Source: a virus
IMG/VR virus record: IMGVR_UViG_3300045988_117710
DNA: 64,000 bases
Strand: one strand, 5' to 3'
Of this stretch, positions 53,237-62,982 are shown piece after piece (within the stretch, counting starts at the first letter, position 1; each line of letters begins with the position of its first letter). The translations under genes and the position numbers were made by a program. The notes beneath the pieces are model-generated. The model ran no database searches. It was given only the letters and a program-made list of their open reading frames with translations, and was not told the origin of the DNA.

Positions 53237-54496
53237 ATGAAATTTGCAAAGTTAATTATGATTACTGAAGACAATCACAATAAAGAGTATATAATGACTC
53301 AGATTGATTCTTCAACATTTAAAGCTGAATGGGGTAGGGTTGGTTCTAGTTATCAATCAACTACTTATTCTATGTATGAGTGGGATAGTAAGTACAAATC
53401 TAAAGTTAAGAAAGGTTATAAGGATATATCAAATCTAGTTGAGAAGGTTACTGTAGATGGTGATGTTAAGACTTTACCTTATGACTATATTACTAATAAG
53501 TCTGTCAAGGATATTCTTAATAGATTGTATCAATATACTGATTCTTACTTAAAGGAAAACTACTTAGTTAATACTGTAGATGTTTCCAAAGCACAAATTG
53601 ATGAAGCTTATAAGATTATTGATGAGCTTGAAAGATTAGCTTATTCAAGACATTTAGATGTTCGTGAAGTTAATAGAAATTTAATTAAGTTATTTGAAAC
53701 AATTCCAAGACGTATGTCTAGAGTTAAAGATTATTTATGTGATGATTCTATTACTAAAGATAAGGTTGATGAAAAGATTCGTGCTGAGTTAGATATGCTT
53801 AAGACTATGTCAGATGCTGTTGAGTTAAGACTTAAGAAACAAGCTGCAAGTAAGAAGACTACTAAGGTTGAGAAGTTATCTGAATCTGAACAAAAGGATA
53901 AATTACTTGCTGATCTTGGATTAGTTGTAGAGGATGTAACTGATGAGGATATTAAGTTTATTAAGAAACAATTAGGTGAAAGTTCACACTTATTTAAGAA
54001 AGCTTGGAAGATTACTAATCCTGCTACTGAAAAGAGATTTAATGATTTAGTTGCTACTGATGATTTCAAAGGTAAGGAAGTTAAATATTATTGGCATGGT
54101 TCTAGAAATCAAAACTGGTATAATATTATTCAAACAGGATTAACTGCTAATCCTAAGGGTGTTAAGATTACTGGTAAGATGTTTGGTTATGGTATCTATT
54201 TTGCACCTAAAGCAAAGAAGAGTGTTAACTATACTTCTCTTGAAGGTTCTTATTGGGCAAGTGGTAATGATAAGAGTGGGTTCATGGCTTTATTCGAAGT
54301 TGCTATGGGTAATGTGTTAGATGTTTATGATCATCATTACTGGTGTTCAAGAACTAACAAAGAAGAGATGTGGAAACATAACAAGTGTCATACTTTATAT
54401 GCTCACGAAGGTAGAGGTTTCTTATACAATGATGAAGTTATTGCATATGATGATGCACAAGTTAATATTAAATATATAGTGGAGTTGAGTAGATAA
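53237..54496 (+). CDS. PARP-like ADP-ribosyltransferase with N-terminal WGR domain
   Basis: WGR motif FKAEWGRVGS; catalytic signature YYWHGSRNQNWYNIIQTGL (H-G-S), GKMFGYGIYFAPKAKKSVNY, and LYNDEVIAYDDAQVNIKYIV aligning with PARP1 [20 protein letters not shown] (catalytic Glu present); ATG 53237 after RBS AAGAGGT (track ORF 53180). Confidence 0.75.
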   Translation: MKFAKLIMITEDNHNKEYIMTQIDSSTFKAEWGRVGSSYQSTTYSMYEWDSKYKSKVKKGYKDISNLVEKVTVDGDVKTLPYDYITNKSVKDILNRLYQYTDSYLKENYLVNTVDVSKAQIDEAYKIIDELERLAYSRHLDVREVNRNLIKLFETIPRRMSRVKDYLCDDSITKDKVDEKIRAELDMLKTMSDAVELRLKKQAASKKTTKVEKLSESEQKDKLLADLGLVVEDVTDEDIKFIKKQLGESSHLFKKAWKITNPATEKRFNDLVATDDFKGKEVKYYWHGSRNQNWYNIIQTGLTANPKGVKITGKMFGYGIYFAPKAKKSVNYTSLEGSYWASGNDKSGFMALFEVAMGNVLDVYDHHYWCSRTNKEEMWKHNKCHTLYAHEGRGFLYNDEVIAYDDAQVNIKYIVELSR

Positions 54497-54544
54497 TGAA
54501 GAGAGATAAAGCTCTTTAAGTTTGATTAATTTATATATTATTTT

Positions 54545-54630
54545 AGGTGGTTTTAATTCTTTTTCCCACCTGACTTTCTTTTTCTTATTTTTTCCATTGG
54601 GTGGGGTTATCCCACTCTTTTTCGTATAAT
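54545..54630 (+). promoter_or_regulatory. two terminator hairpins followed by TCGTATAAT promoter motif
   Basis: AGGTGG...CCACCT (54545-54571) and GTGGG loop GTTAT CCCAC plus TCTTTTT (54601-54621); TCGTATAAT 54622-54630. Confidence 0.5.
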
Positions 54631-54647
54631 ATAGTAGGAGTGATTTT

Positions 54648-54929
54648 ATGATTTGTTCTAATTGTAAGAAGGACACAGCTCTGATGAATAAGGATTTATG
54701 TTTCGATTGTTTTCTTGCAAGTCAGGGAGAGTTTTCTAATAAGTTGTTTTGTCCTAGTTGTTTGAAAGAGACTACTTGTGTATTTGAGTATTCTGTTCAA
54801 GGGTTTCAGCATCGTAAGATTCATGAAGTATCTGGTGTGGTATATAAGGATTTTGATATCTTTGAAGATTACTATACTTGTCTTGAGTGTGACAAGCAGT
54901 TCACAGTTGTTAGGGAAGAAGAGAGATAG
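54648..54929 (+). CDS. Zn-ribbon protein
   Basis: CSNCKK...CFDC...CPSC...CLECDKQF. Confidence 0.4.
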   Translation: MICSNCKKDTALMNKDLCFDCFLASQGEFSNKLFCPSCLKETTCVFEYSVQGFQHRKIHEVSGVVYKDFDIFEDYYTCLECDKQFTVVREEER

Positions 54930-55609
54930 TGAAATATTGTATTTTGTTTACTTTAGATCATGATTATTTAATCATTGGTTTTGATGGAACAGATTATGTT
55001 GCTTCTATAATTAGGACAGGGTGGAATCCCCATACTCTGTCTGCTATTAACTTTAACTTTTGTAATCCTGTGGATAAGAAGTTAATACCTAGGATTTTTA
55101 AAGACCATTATTGGACAAAGAAGAAGTTTTCAATTACTTTTCCAATTTCTTTTGAAGCGGATAGGAATGTCTACTTAGATAGACGTGGGATTCCTAGGTT
55201 TGATTTATTTGATGGTACTCATAAAGATTTTATAAGGAAGTTAGAACTTACTGGTTTTGATTTCACTTGTTTCAATCGAGAGATTTCCAATAGTGAGTTT
55301 GATGTGAATTTAGATTATTTGTTTTATGGCAAGAGTGTTCAGAGGAAGAGTAATTTGCTTTTGAATCTTTATAGAGAACGAAAGGTGAATTATTGTGTTG
55401 TTACTGATTTCTCTTTGGTTGATACAATTCCTGTTGGGTTTCATTTGGTTGTTTATATTGATTCTATGACTAAAGAGTTTCTAGAGTGGTTTAAGTTGGT
55501 CAAGGAGTCTGGTTCTTTTATTTCAATCATTTATACTTCTGATGATTATTCTATTTTAGATAAGAATCGTGCTATATTAGATAACTACCTAATACTACTG
55601 AAGTGTTAG
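54929..55609 (+). CDS. hypothetical protein
   Basis: ORF track; start overlaps upstream stop. Confidence 0.4.
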   Translation: MKYCILFTLDHDYLIIGFDGTDYVASIIRTGWNPHTLSAINFNFCNPVDKKLIPRIFKDHYWTKKKFSITFPISFEADRNVYLDRRGIPRFDLFDGTHKDFIRKLELTGFDFTCFNREISNSEFDVNLDYLFYGKSVQRKSNLLLNLYRERKVNYCVVTDFSLVDTIPVGFHLVVYIDSMTKEFLEWFKLVKESGSFISIIYTSDDYSILDKNRAILDNYLILLKC

Positions 55610-55769
55610 GTAGTTTTATTTTAATAACTAATACTAAACAATCAATAACATTAATTTTAATAAGGATATTATTAAACAAGAGAAAGACAAAGAGATTATG
55701 AATTCTGAATACAATCTTAAATAGATTATATATTTAATTAGATTATATTAGTGTTATAGGAGTTAGTTT

Positions 55770-56630
55770 ATGGCAAATTATTCAAGAAAAATGTTAGAAC
55801 AAGTTCCTGATCAGTTCGAGTTGAGTACAATCCTAACACCAACTATTAGTAACTTGATTCAAAATTATGCACCACCTAAAACTAGAACTATTAATGGTAA
55901 GTCCTTAGAAAATGATATTTGGTTGACAGCTGCAGACGTTGGAGCGAGAAGCAATGTATGGTTACCAACACCTGAAGAGATAGATACTTATAGATGTGTT
56001 TCACCAGATGGTGTACCTGGAAACTTTGTAGCATTTGGACCAGCAGGAAGCAAGACTTTAGTTGACAGTGGTAGAAACTATGATACTTGGTTACCTGCGA
56101 AGTATCTTCCAGCGAACAATGAAGAAGTACTTCAAGTTAATTCAACTGGTATTGTAAATTCAGTACCTCAAAGTACTTTGAGACAATATGTGTTCGAGTA
56201 TAGTGCAACTAAGAATTATGAGTTGGGTGAGAGCTTCTTTTATGGTAGCGGTACAGAGCTTGGTCTTTATACAACTACAGTTCCTCACTCTGCTGAAACA
56301 TTTAATGCGAGTCATAATAAGTTAATATCTAAAGTTGGTCTTAGTACTAATTTTATGGATTTCACTCTTACGACTCCTGTTAGTAGCAGTGCTTATATTT
56401 TAACTGGTACTCTACAACAACAATTACAAGGTTTATTAAATAATATTAAGAATTTACAAGATAGAGTTGAGTGGTTAGAGAATAATGCAGTCACTACAGA
56501 CAATTTCTCTAGTCCTGGTAAAACTGGATTGGCTTCTGGTAAGGTTAAGTTGAACGTAGGTACAAATCAAATTCAACCACAAACTGGATATTATATTGTA
56601 AGAATAGATCCAAATGAAATCCTATCTTAA
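55770..56630 (+). CDS. hypothetical structural protein
   Basis: ORF track; C-terminal coiled-coil LQQQLQGLLNNIKNLQDRVEWLENN. Confidence 0.4.
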   Translation: MANYSRKMLEQVPDQFELSTILTPTISNLIQNYAPPKTRTINGKSLENDIWLTAADVGARSNVWLPTPEEIDTYRCVSPDGVPGNFVAFGPAGSKTLVDSGRNYDTWLPAKYLPANNEEVLQVNSTGIVNSVPQSTLRQYVFEYSATKNYELGESFFYGSGTELGLYTTTVPHSAETFNASHNKLISKVGLSTNFMDFTLTTPVSSSAYILTGTLQQQLQGLLNNIKNLQDRVEWLENNAVTTDNFSSPGKTGLASGKVKLNVGTNQIQPQTGYYIVRIDPNEILS

Positions 56631-56650
56631 TAGTTAGTGGGAGGTAATTT

Positions 56651-59266
56651 ATGGCTGAGATTGCTTTTAGTGCTACTTATGGTGATGGTTCTCCATCTTA
56701 TAAGGTTTCATACTCTGCCAATGTTTCTATGGCTTCTAATCCTGATGAGGATTATCCTACTGTAGTGTGGGCTGCAGGTAAATTGAAGTTAAAGTGTACC
56801 AAGAAGGATGGTGTGTTGAATGCTGACCCTTATATGATGGTTACTTCTTTTGGTAGAAGTATGTCTATTTCGAATCAAGCAGATGGGTTGGTTAATCCTA
56901 TTGGAAAGACAAAGTGTTGGAAGACATCACATTCTGCTGAAACTACTGTTTCTAAAAAGAACTTTGTTTGTAATGCAAAACCTTTTTATATGAAACAAGG
57001 TTCTTTATTATTTCCTTCTTGTTGGGCTGATACGAAGTTCTGGCGTGAGAAGTTAGGAGTTCAAGTTGGTGGTGCAAGTAAGGCCACTACTAGAACTTCT
57101 GATAGTTTTGAGATTCCTCATTTATGTATGTTTTATAGATATGGTGGAAGTACTTATAGTAGTACTTTCCCTAATACTGATAGAACTTTATATATTTCTA
57201 GTCCTTGGATGTATAAGCTTCAAGGTTCTGGTACTTATGCCGGTTGTCCTGGTACAACCTATGGTACTAGAAAGTTCACATTCAAGATTCCTGTTACAAC
57301 GAATTGTGCTGGGTATTTAATAGTTCATTTCTATGGTATGGATGGTGGATATCAGAGTACAGGTCATTCTGTAAAGATTCAGAAACATATTTCTGCATTG
57401 ACTTCTGGGTTAGTTGAAGTTAGTGGTTCTGCTTATTTTAAGCAAGGTCCTTATAATGTTTATACAGAGTTTTCACCAGATACTAGTACTCGTTTATTCT
57501 CATCTACTCCTGGTACAGTAACTGCATCCAATCCGGGATTTAGTTCATCTAAAGGTAAGGTGTTCTTCTATTATCCCGGTTCACCTTATTCACCTGCAAA
57601 CTCTGCACCTTCATTTAGTGTTACTAACACTACTTCTCAACAAGTTAGTACAGGACAAACAAAGAATGTTTCATTGAGAATTACTCTTAATGATAATGGT
57701 GTTTCTCGTTATTGGCTTAATAAGATGGTTTACAATGTAGACTTATATTGGAATGATGGAACTAAGATTGGTTCTTATACTGTTAATGATTCTGATATGA
57801 ATAATATGAATTCTCACAATACTAATTTTAGTACAACTGTTCAGATTCGTTCAAGTATGAGACAGAAGGATGAATATGTTTATTGGGTTGTATCTGGTTA
57901 TTCAGTAGATACAGCTGGTAAGACAAGATGGGGTACAACAAGAACTTCTGGTAAGGTTAACTTGTTCTGGGCTTACAATGAACCTGCGAAGGTATCATTC
58001 AATAGTGCAAGAATTTCTTCTAGTTCTGGTCCAAACTTTTCTAATAATAAAGCTCAATTATATTATGGTGGAACAACTCTTAACTTTGTTTTACAAGCTA
58101 CAATTAATGCTTGGGGAGATAGACCTGGTACAAGAACTTATGAGTTCTCACTTAATAGAAATGGTTCAGTAGTTAAGTGGTATGGTAGAAATACAACTTC
58201 TGATACTGGTACTAAGTCACATACTTATTCTTATACTGTTCCAGATAACTGGGTTGGTTCATCTGCTAATTTCACTGTTTACAAGCGTTTAGGAGATACT
58301 GAGTATTTAGCTTCTGGTGATCCAAAGAATCCAGCATTGGGTACAAACCGTGCTTCTGGTGGTACTATTAGTTTCTATGAAGTTATTGGTGGTGTATCTG
58401 GTATGATAGATATCAAACCATCTATCTTAATGGTTTCAATTCCATGTTCAGTATCTGGTACAGGATATTATGATAAGCAATCTAGTCAGAAGGTTCGATA
58501 TTATGTTGAAGTTTTTGATATAGATGCTGATAAGGTTGTTAATCAATATGTTCTTGGTAATACATCAGGTGATATTACTAAAGAGATTGCGATAGATTTA
58601 AGTTCATCAGATTTTACGGTTTCTGAACCACATCTATATGAACTTAGACTTAAGGCGGATGTTACAGAGTTACTTGGAAATGTTCATACATATACTTTCT
58701 ATACAACAACTCGTCAATCATTCATGCCACCTCAATATACTTTAACTCAGACAACAGATGAGTTATTACCACCTGTTTCTGATACAAGTTTATTGATTAG
58801 ACAGAAGGCAACGAATACTTATACTTATAAAGTTGATTATGATTTAGCTCTATCTACAAGTATTCTTTATATAGAATATTATTTAGCTTCTAGTCCTAAT
58901 GTTAAGCGTACGAAGACTGTAAATATTCTTCCTGCAGGTTATGCTGGTGGTACTTTCTATGGTCAGTATACTTTCCCTAATCCAAAGGATTTAGATCCTA
59001 GTGATCCTTTGTATGATCCTGAAGGTTTTGCATTAGGTACTAAGGTAACAGCTTGGGTGTCTAGTACATGGAACTTACCTGGTTCTACAAGTGTTTACAG
59101 TAATAGTTCTGGTAAGGTTCAATATAATGTTACTCCTACTAGATACATTTACTTCTTAACTAGAGGTATTGAGAATGAGCAATGGTTAAATACTGTTCAT
59201 AGTGTTACTCCTACTAGAGCAGATAAGAAATCTAAGAAGATATTTGTGGAGACAGATATTAGTTAG
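56651..59266 (+). CDS. large Ser/Thr/Tyr-rich fiber or adhesin-like structural protein
   Basis: 871 aa; low-complexity STY-rich, similar in composition to ORF 46674. Confidence 0.45.
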   Translation: MAEIAFSATYGDGSPSYKVSYSANVSMASNPDEDYPTVVWAAGKLKLKCTKKDGVLNADPYMMVTSFGRSMSISNQADGLVNPIGKTKCWKTSHSAETTVSKKNFVCNAKPFYMKQGSLLFPSCWADTKFWREKLGVQVGGASKATTRTSDSFEIPHLCMFYRYGGSTYSSTFPNTDRTLYISSPWMYKLQGSGTYAGCPGTTYGTRKFTFKIPVTTNCAGYLIVHFYGMDGGYQSTGHSVKIQKHISALTSGLVEVSGSAYFKQGPYNVYTEFSPDTSTRLFSSTPGTVTASNPGFSSSKGKVFFYYPGSPYSPANSAPSFSVTNTTSQQVSTGQTKNVSLRITLNDNGVSRYWLNKMVYNVDLYWNDGTKIGSYTVNDSDMNNMNSHNTNFSTTVQIRSSMRQKDEYVYWVVSGYSVDTAGKTRWGTTRTSGKVNLFWAYNEPAKVSFNSARISSSSGPNFSNNKAQLYYGGTTLNFVLQATINAWGDRPGTRTYEFSLNRNGSVVKWYGRNTTSDTGTKSHTYSYTVPDNWVGSSANFTVYKRLGDTEYLASGDPKNPALGTNRASGGTISFYEVIGGVSGMIDIKPSILMVSIPCSVSGTGYYDKQSSQKVRYYVEVFDIDADKVVNQYVLGNTSGDITKEIAIDLSSSDFTVSEPHLYELRLKADVTELLGNVHTYTFYTTTRQSFMPPQYTLTQTTDELLPPVSDTSLLIRQKATNTYTYKVDYDLALSTSILYIEYYLASSPNVKRTKTVNILPAGYAGGTFYGQYTFPNPKDLDPSDPLYDPEGFALGTKVTAWVSSTWNLPGSTSVYSNSSGKVQYNVTPTRYIYFLTRGIENEQWLNTVHSVTPTRADKKSKKIFVETDIS

Positions 59267-59279
59267 AAAGGAGTACAAA

Positions 59280-59504
59280 ATGTTTGGTTTTGACTTTGAG
59301 GTGATTATCAAAACTTTTTTAACTATTCTTATTGCTTTAGGTATATGTGGGGTATGTTTTATTATATGTGCTTGTAATCTTTCTGCTCAAGAGTCTCGTC
59401 GTGAGGAGAGAAGAGAGATTGAGATGGCAATTAAGAAAGCTGAAGAGGAAGAATTGAGAGAAGAAATCAGAGCTGAGATTTTGAAAGAAATGGAAGACAA
59501 GTAG
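59280..59504 (+). CDS. small membrane protein (possible holin/spanin-like)
   Basis: ORF track (59202) trimmed to ATG 59280 with RBS AAAGGAG; TM segment TFLTILIALGICGVCFIICA then highly charged tail; followed by terminator. Confidence 0.35.
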   Translation: MFGFDFEVIIKTFLTILIALGICGVCFIICACNLSAQESRREERREIEMAIKKAEEEELREEIRAEILKEMEDK

Positions 59505-59586
59505 TTCATTTATCATATATTATTTTAGTGTATGAGTTCTTGGAGGTCTGCTATGATGACATCTCTATTAATTCAATTTATTATTT

Positions 59587-59620
59587 AGGCAAGGATTTTA
59601 GGGAAATCTTTGCCTTTTCT
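59587..59620 (+). terminator. intrinsic terminator
   Basis: 11-bp stem GGCAAGGATTT/AAATCTTTGCC (one G-U) then TTTTCTTTT. Confidence 0.5.
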
Positions 59621-59658
59621 TTTGGTTTATGGTAGTTCTACAGTTTTAGGAGTGCTTT

Positions 59659-60606
59659 ATGGAACAAGAGATATTAAAAGAGTTAGGTGGTAAGTTGAAA
59701 TATCTTATTCGTAAGAAGAAATCATTTCAAGATATTTGTGAAGCTACTGGTCTTAAAGATTATGAGCTTTATGGTGTTGTTCAATTGCTTAAGCAACAAG
59801 GTGAACTTATTGATGTTGTTAATGGTGAGCTAGTTATTCTTAAAACTCCACCTAAGACTTCAGACATTTATACAGTCCCTACTATTTCTGAACATCTTAA
59901 GTTGTTGTTAATTAGTGATACTCATCTATGTAATAAATCTGATAGACTTGATATTCTTCGTTATCTATATGATAAGGCAGAGAAACAAGGTGTTAAGCAT
60001 GTTCTTCATTCTGGAGATTTTACTGATGGTTTATCTAATCGTCCTGAACAGATTTATGAACTTAAAGAACCATCTTATGAAGGTCAAGTTCAATATTGTG
60101 TAGATAAATATCCTAGGTTTAGTGGTAAGACTTATGTTATTCAAGGTAATCATGATGATTGGTGGTTTAAGAGATGTGGTTCAGAGATTGTTAAGGCAAT
60201 TGCTCAACAGAGAGATGATATTGTTTATCTAGGAGCTGATGTTGCTGATCTTCATATTGGTAAGCTTAAGTGTAGATTATTTCATGGTTCTGGCGGCTCT
60301 TCTTATGCAGTGTCTTATAAGATTCAGAAGTATTTAGATTCTATTCCTTTAGAAGAACGTCCTGATATTCTTCAAACAGGACATATTCATCGTGCTTTCT
60401 ATATGCATAATGTATCTACTCATTGTTTTCAAACAGCTTCTTTAGAAGATCCAACTCCATATAGTCGTTCTATGGGATTCCCTAATGATTTATCTTGTTG
60501 GTGGGTTGATGTTGATTTTGATAACAAGGGTAATCCTGTTATGATTCAACCTCAATTAGAAACTTTCCCTACTAAGAGATTAGTTAAATCTCGTTATAAG
60601 GGATAA
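59659..60606 (+). CDS. calcineurin-like metallophosphoesterase
   Basis: LLISDTHL (GDxHG-like), HSGDFTDG (GDxxDRG), IQGNHDDWW (GNHD/E), GHIHR (GH); N-terminal wHTH-like segment. Confidence 0.65.
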   Translation: MEQEILKELGGKLKYLIRKKKSFQDICEATGLKDYELYGVVQLLKQQGELIDVVNGELVILKTPPKTSDIYTVPTISEHLKLLLISDTHLCNKSDRLDILRYLYDKAEKQGVKHVLHSGDFTDGLSNRPEQIYELKEPSYEGQVQYCVDKYPRFSGKTYVIQGNHDDWWFKRCGSEIVKAIAQQRDDIVYLGADVADLHIGKLKCRLFHGSGGSSYAVSYKIQKYLDSIPLEERPDILQTGHIHRAFYMHNVSTHCFQTASLEDPTPYSRSMGFPNDLSCWWVDVDFDNKGNPVMIQPQLETFPTKRLVKSRYKG

Positions 60607-60612
60607 TTATTG

Positions 60613-60641
60613 TTGACTTCTTAATTCTTTTATCGTATAAT
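60613..60641 (+). promoter_or_regulatory. full consensus promoter TTGACT, 17 nt, TATAAT (with TCG)
   Basis: TTGACT 60613-60618; 17-nt spacer; TCGTATAAT 60633-60641. Confidence 0.55.
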
Positions 60642-60666
60642 GTATTTAAGATAGGAGAGGGTAAGA

Positions 60667-61050
60667 ATGGAGAGAGATAAGTCAAATATTCCTTATGATG
60701 CAGATTTGAAGATAACACAATGTACTAGATTATTACATAGTGGGTTGAAGAAGTATAATCCATTATTGTATTCAGAGGTTATGAAGTATGTTAAAAGTAT
60801 GAAGTCAGAGAAGGGAATGCAAGAACACACTTTTAAGCTTTCTGAAGTTGATTCTCATATTCTTGGTGATTTATCTATTCAGCATTTAGGTAGTGTGATT
60901 TATTCTATTAGTTGTAAGGATGTTTTGTATGAGTATACTATAGTAGAACCTGTTGTTTATAAGGGAAGGTTCATTCCTGGTACTAAGTCAGCTCTTACAA
61001 ATAAGATTAAGTTTAAGATTGATTATTTACAAATGTGCGGTAAGCTTTAG
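60667..61050 (+). CDS. hypothetical protein
   Basis: ORF track; downstream of consensus promoter 60613-60641. Confidence 0.4.
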   Translation: MERDKSNIPYDADLKITQCTRLLHSGLKKYNPLLYSEVMKYVKSMKSEKGMQEHTFKLSEVDSHILGDLSIQHLGSVIYSISCKDVLYEYTIVEPVVYKGRFIPGTKSALTNKIKFKIDYLQMCGKL

Positions 61051-61086
61051 GGAGATGTCAAACATCTCTTTTTCTTTTCGTATAAT
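61051..61086 (+). promoter_or_regulatory. terminator hairpin followed by TCGTATAAT promoter motif
   Basis: GGAGATGT loop CAA ACATCTC plus TTTTTCTTT (61051-61077); TCGTATAAT 61078-61086. Confidence 0.5.
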
Positions 61087-61101
61087 ATAGAGGTGATATT
61101 C

Positions 61102-61269
61102 ATGATAGATAAGAGTAAGGTTCTTGATTATATTCAAGAGAGGTTAGATTTTCTAGAGAAGAATGTTGTTACTGATGGTGTTCATTCAGTTCCTATTAAT
61201 GGTCAGGTGATTGCTTTATTGGTTGGCATTAAGGATTATATCAATTCTTTAGAAGATTTATCAAAGTAG
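61102..61269 (+). CDS. hypothetical small protein (55 aa)
   Basis: Not in ORF track (short); RBS AGAGGTGA before ATG 61102; downstream of promoter motif 61078. Confidence 0.3.
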   Translation: MIDKSKVLDYIQERLDFLEKNVVTDGVHSVPINGQVIALLVGIKDYINSLEDLSK

Positions 61270-61302
61270 AATTATTTAGTAGTATTTTTGTAGGAGGTAT
61301 TT

Positions 61303-62979
61303 ATGGAATTTAATTTTGATTTATTAGATTTGTCTGTTCCTGCTTTTACTCTTAAGAAAGAGCAAGTAGATGCAATTAGGTTTTGTTTAGAAAGACCTAA
61401 TGCAGTCATGTCTTTACAGACTGGTTTAGGTAAGACTTGTTCTTCTATTGTTGTTGCAAGAGAGTTGATGAAGCAGTTTAGTAACTTACCATTGCTTAGT
61501 ATATTTATAGTTCCTAATGAAGCTCTTAAAGCTTTCAAGAAGGAGTTTAAGATGATGGGTATTTCTCATTCTACTTGGGAGAGTTCGAAGAAGACCCCAA
61601 GTAAGGGTGCAAGAGTTTTACTTATTACTCATACAGCATTAGTTAAGTATTTTGATGAGGTTCAAACTACTGTTAGAAGATTTAATTGTTTGGCTGTTGT
61701 TGACGAGATTCATAAGTTTAGTAATACAGCAAAGATGACTCAGTCTTTAGCAAAGTTACGCCCTTATTTCAAAAGGTTTTATGGTCTTACTGCTACGACA
61801 GTTAGAAATGATCCTATGTCTTTACATACAATTTGTAATTTGGTTAGACCTGGTTCTTTAGGTACTGAGGTTCAGTTTAAGACAAGATTCTGTACTACAA
61901 AGAAGAAGATGTTTAAGTATACAACCAAGACAGGTTATAAAGGTCAGAAGGAAGTTGTTGAGGTTACAGGATTTAATCCTGATACTCTAGATCAACTTAA
62001 TGCAATTACTGATGATATCATTATCACTCGTAAGCTTGAGTATAATTTAATGCTTCATAGTATTGATATTCCTTTAGAGAATGAAGTTTGGATGAATTAT
62101 AAGAGAGCTGGTGTTGGGGTTCGTCCTGTTAAGACTAAGACTGTTGAGAAGAAGGTTAAGGATTTGACTACTGGTTTGGATAAGATTACTTATGTTGAGG
62201 TTGAGGATAAGGATTCTTTAGCTTCTTGGGCTGTGAAGTTAATTGATTTACAGAAGTGTTTGGATAATTCTTCAGAGTTTTTTCCACAACTCCCATTTAC
62301 TAATAAGGAGCAGTATTTTCTTAATTGGGTGAAGAGGTTGTTTGATGAAGGACATATTCCTATTGTGTATTGTTTCTATTTAGATACGATTGAACGAATC
62401 AAGAGTTTATTATGGAGATATAAGGATCAGCTTCAACTTGAGGATGTATTTGTTATCTCTGGTCAAGTTGAGAAGAAGGAGAGAGCAAAGATTGAGGATA
62501 AGATTGCACCTAGAACGGTTACTATTATTAATCGTGCTGGTACTGTTTCTATTAATCTTCAGAAGGCAGATACTCTTATATTTTATAATATTCCATGGGC
62601 AATTGATGAGTATTTACAAGCAGTTGGTCGTATAACAAGAACTGATACGAAGTTTGATAGTCAACATATTTACTTTCTAGAGTATGAGGGTACTATTGAT
62701 AATTATCGTGTTATTAAGATTAAGAATCATCTTAATGCTGTTGAGCAGATTCAAGGAGATCAGTTAACAAGTTCTGATGGTATTAATTTATCTGCTAATG
62801 GTATGAGGGATGTTAAGAAGTTACTTCTTTGGTGCTTTAAGCAAGATAATCCTGTTACTAAGGATGAGTTACTTGCTAAGATTAGTTCCAAGAAATCAAA
62901 GAAGAGTAAGAAGGTAGAAATTTCTGATGAGAAGAAAGAGATTTTAAATGATATACTAGGAACTGGCAAGGATTCCTAG
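61303..62979 (+). CDS. SNF2/DEAD-like superfamily 2 helicase
   Basis: Walker A LQTGLGKTCS; DExH-like VVDEIHKF; motif VI QAVGRITR. Confidence 0.65.
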   Translation: MEFNFDLLDLSVPAFTLKKEQVDAIRFCLERPNAVMSLQTGLGKTCSSIVVARELMKQFSNLPLLSIFIVPNEALKAFKKEFKMMGISHSTWESSKKTPSKGARVLLITHTALVKYFDEVQTTVRRFNCLAVVDEIHKFSNTAKMTQSLAKLRPYFKRFYGLTATTVRNDPMSLHTICNLVRPGSLGTEVQFKTRFCTTKKKMFKYTTKTGYKGQKEVVEVTGFNPDTLDQLNAITDDIIITRKLEYNLMLHSIDIPLENEVWMNYKRAGVGVRPVKTKTVEKKVKDLTTGLDKITYVEVEDKDSLASWAVKLIDLQKCLDNSSEFFPQLPFTNKEQYFLNWVKRLFDEGHIPIVYCFYLDTIERIKSLLWRYKDQLQLEDVFVISGQVEKKERAKIEDKIAPRTVTIINRAGTVSINLQKADTLIFYNIPWAIDEYLQAVGRITRTDTKFDSQHIYFLEYEGTIDNYRVIKIKNHLNAVEQIQGDQLTSSDGINLSANGMRDVKKLLLWCFKQDNPVTKDELLAKISSKKSKKSKKVEISDEKKEILNDILGTGKDS

Positions 62980-62982
62980 TAT

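Noticed and set aside
1451-62635. Short + strand ORFs nested in alternative frames of large genes (1451-1669, 34279-34473, 35170-35361, 35497-35751, 41233-41427, 47680-47871, 52115-52303, 54778-54963, 57066-57320, 57978-58172, 59915-60103, 62390-62635)
   Set aside because: They are Leu/Val-rich hydrophobic read-throughs of the +1/+2 frames of AT-rich genes, with no independent RBS or conservation signal.
2357-62969. All minus-strand ORFs in the track (e.g. 2357-2572, 6655-6915, 8453-8674, 10753-11070, 11603-11815, 13793-14050, 20409-20657, 21326-21529, 23593-23808, 24865-25110, 43629-43850, 50232-50462, 52914-53219, 53731-54069, 54422-54676, 61272-61538, 62760-62969)
   Set aside because: Each lies antisense inside a well-supported + strand gene, is low-complexity and Ile/Leu/Asn-rich as expected from AT-rich antisense frames, and has no RBS. 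The genome is otherwise strictly unidirectional.
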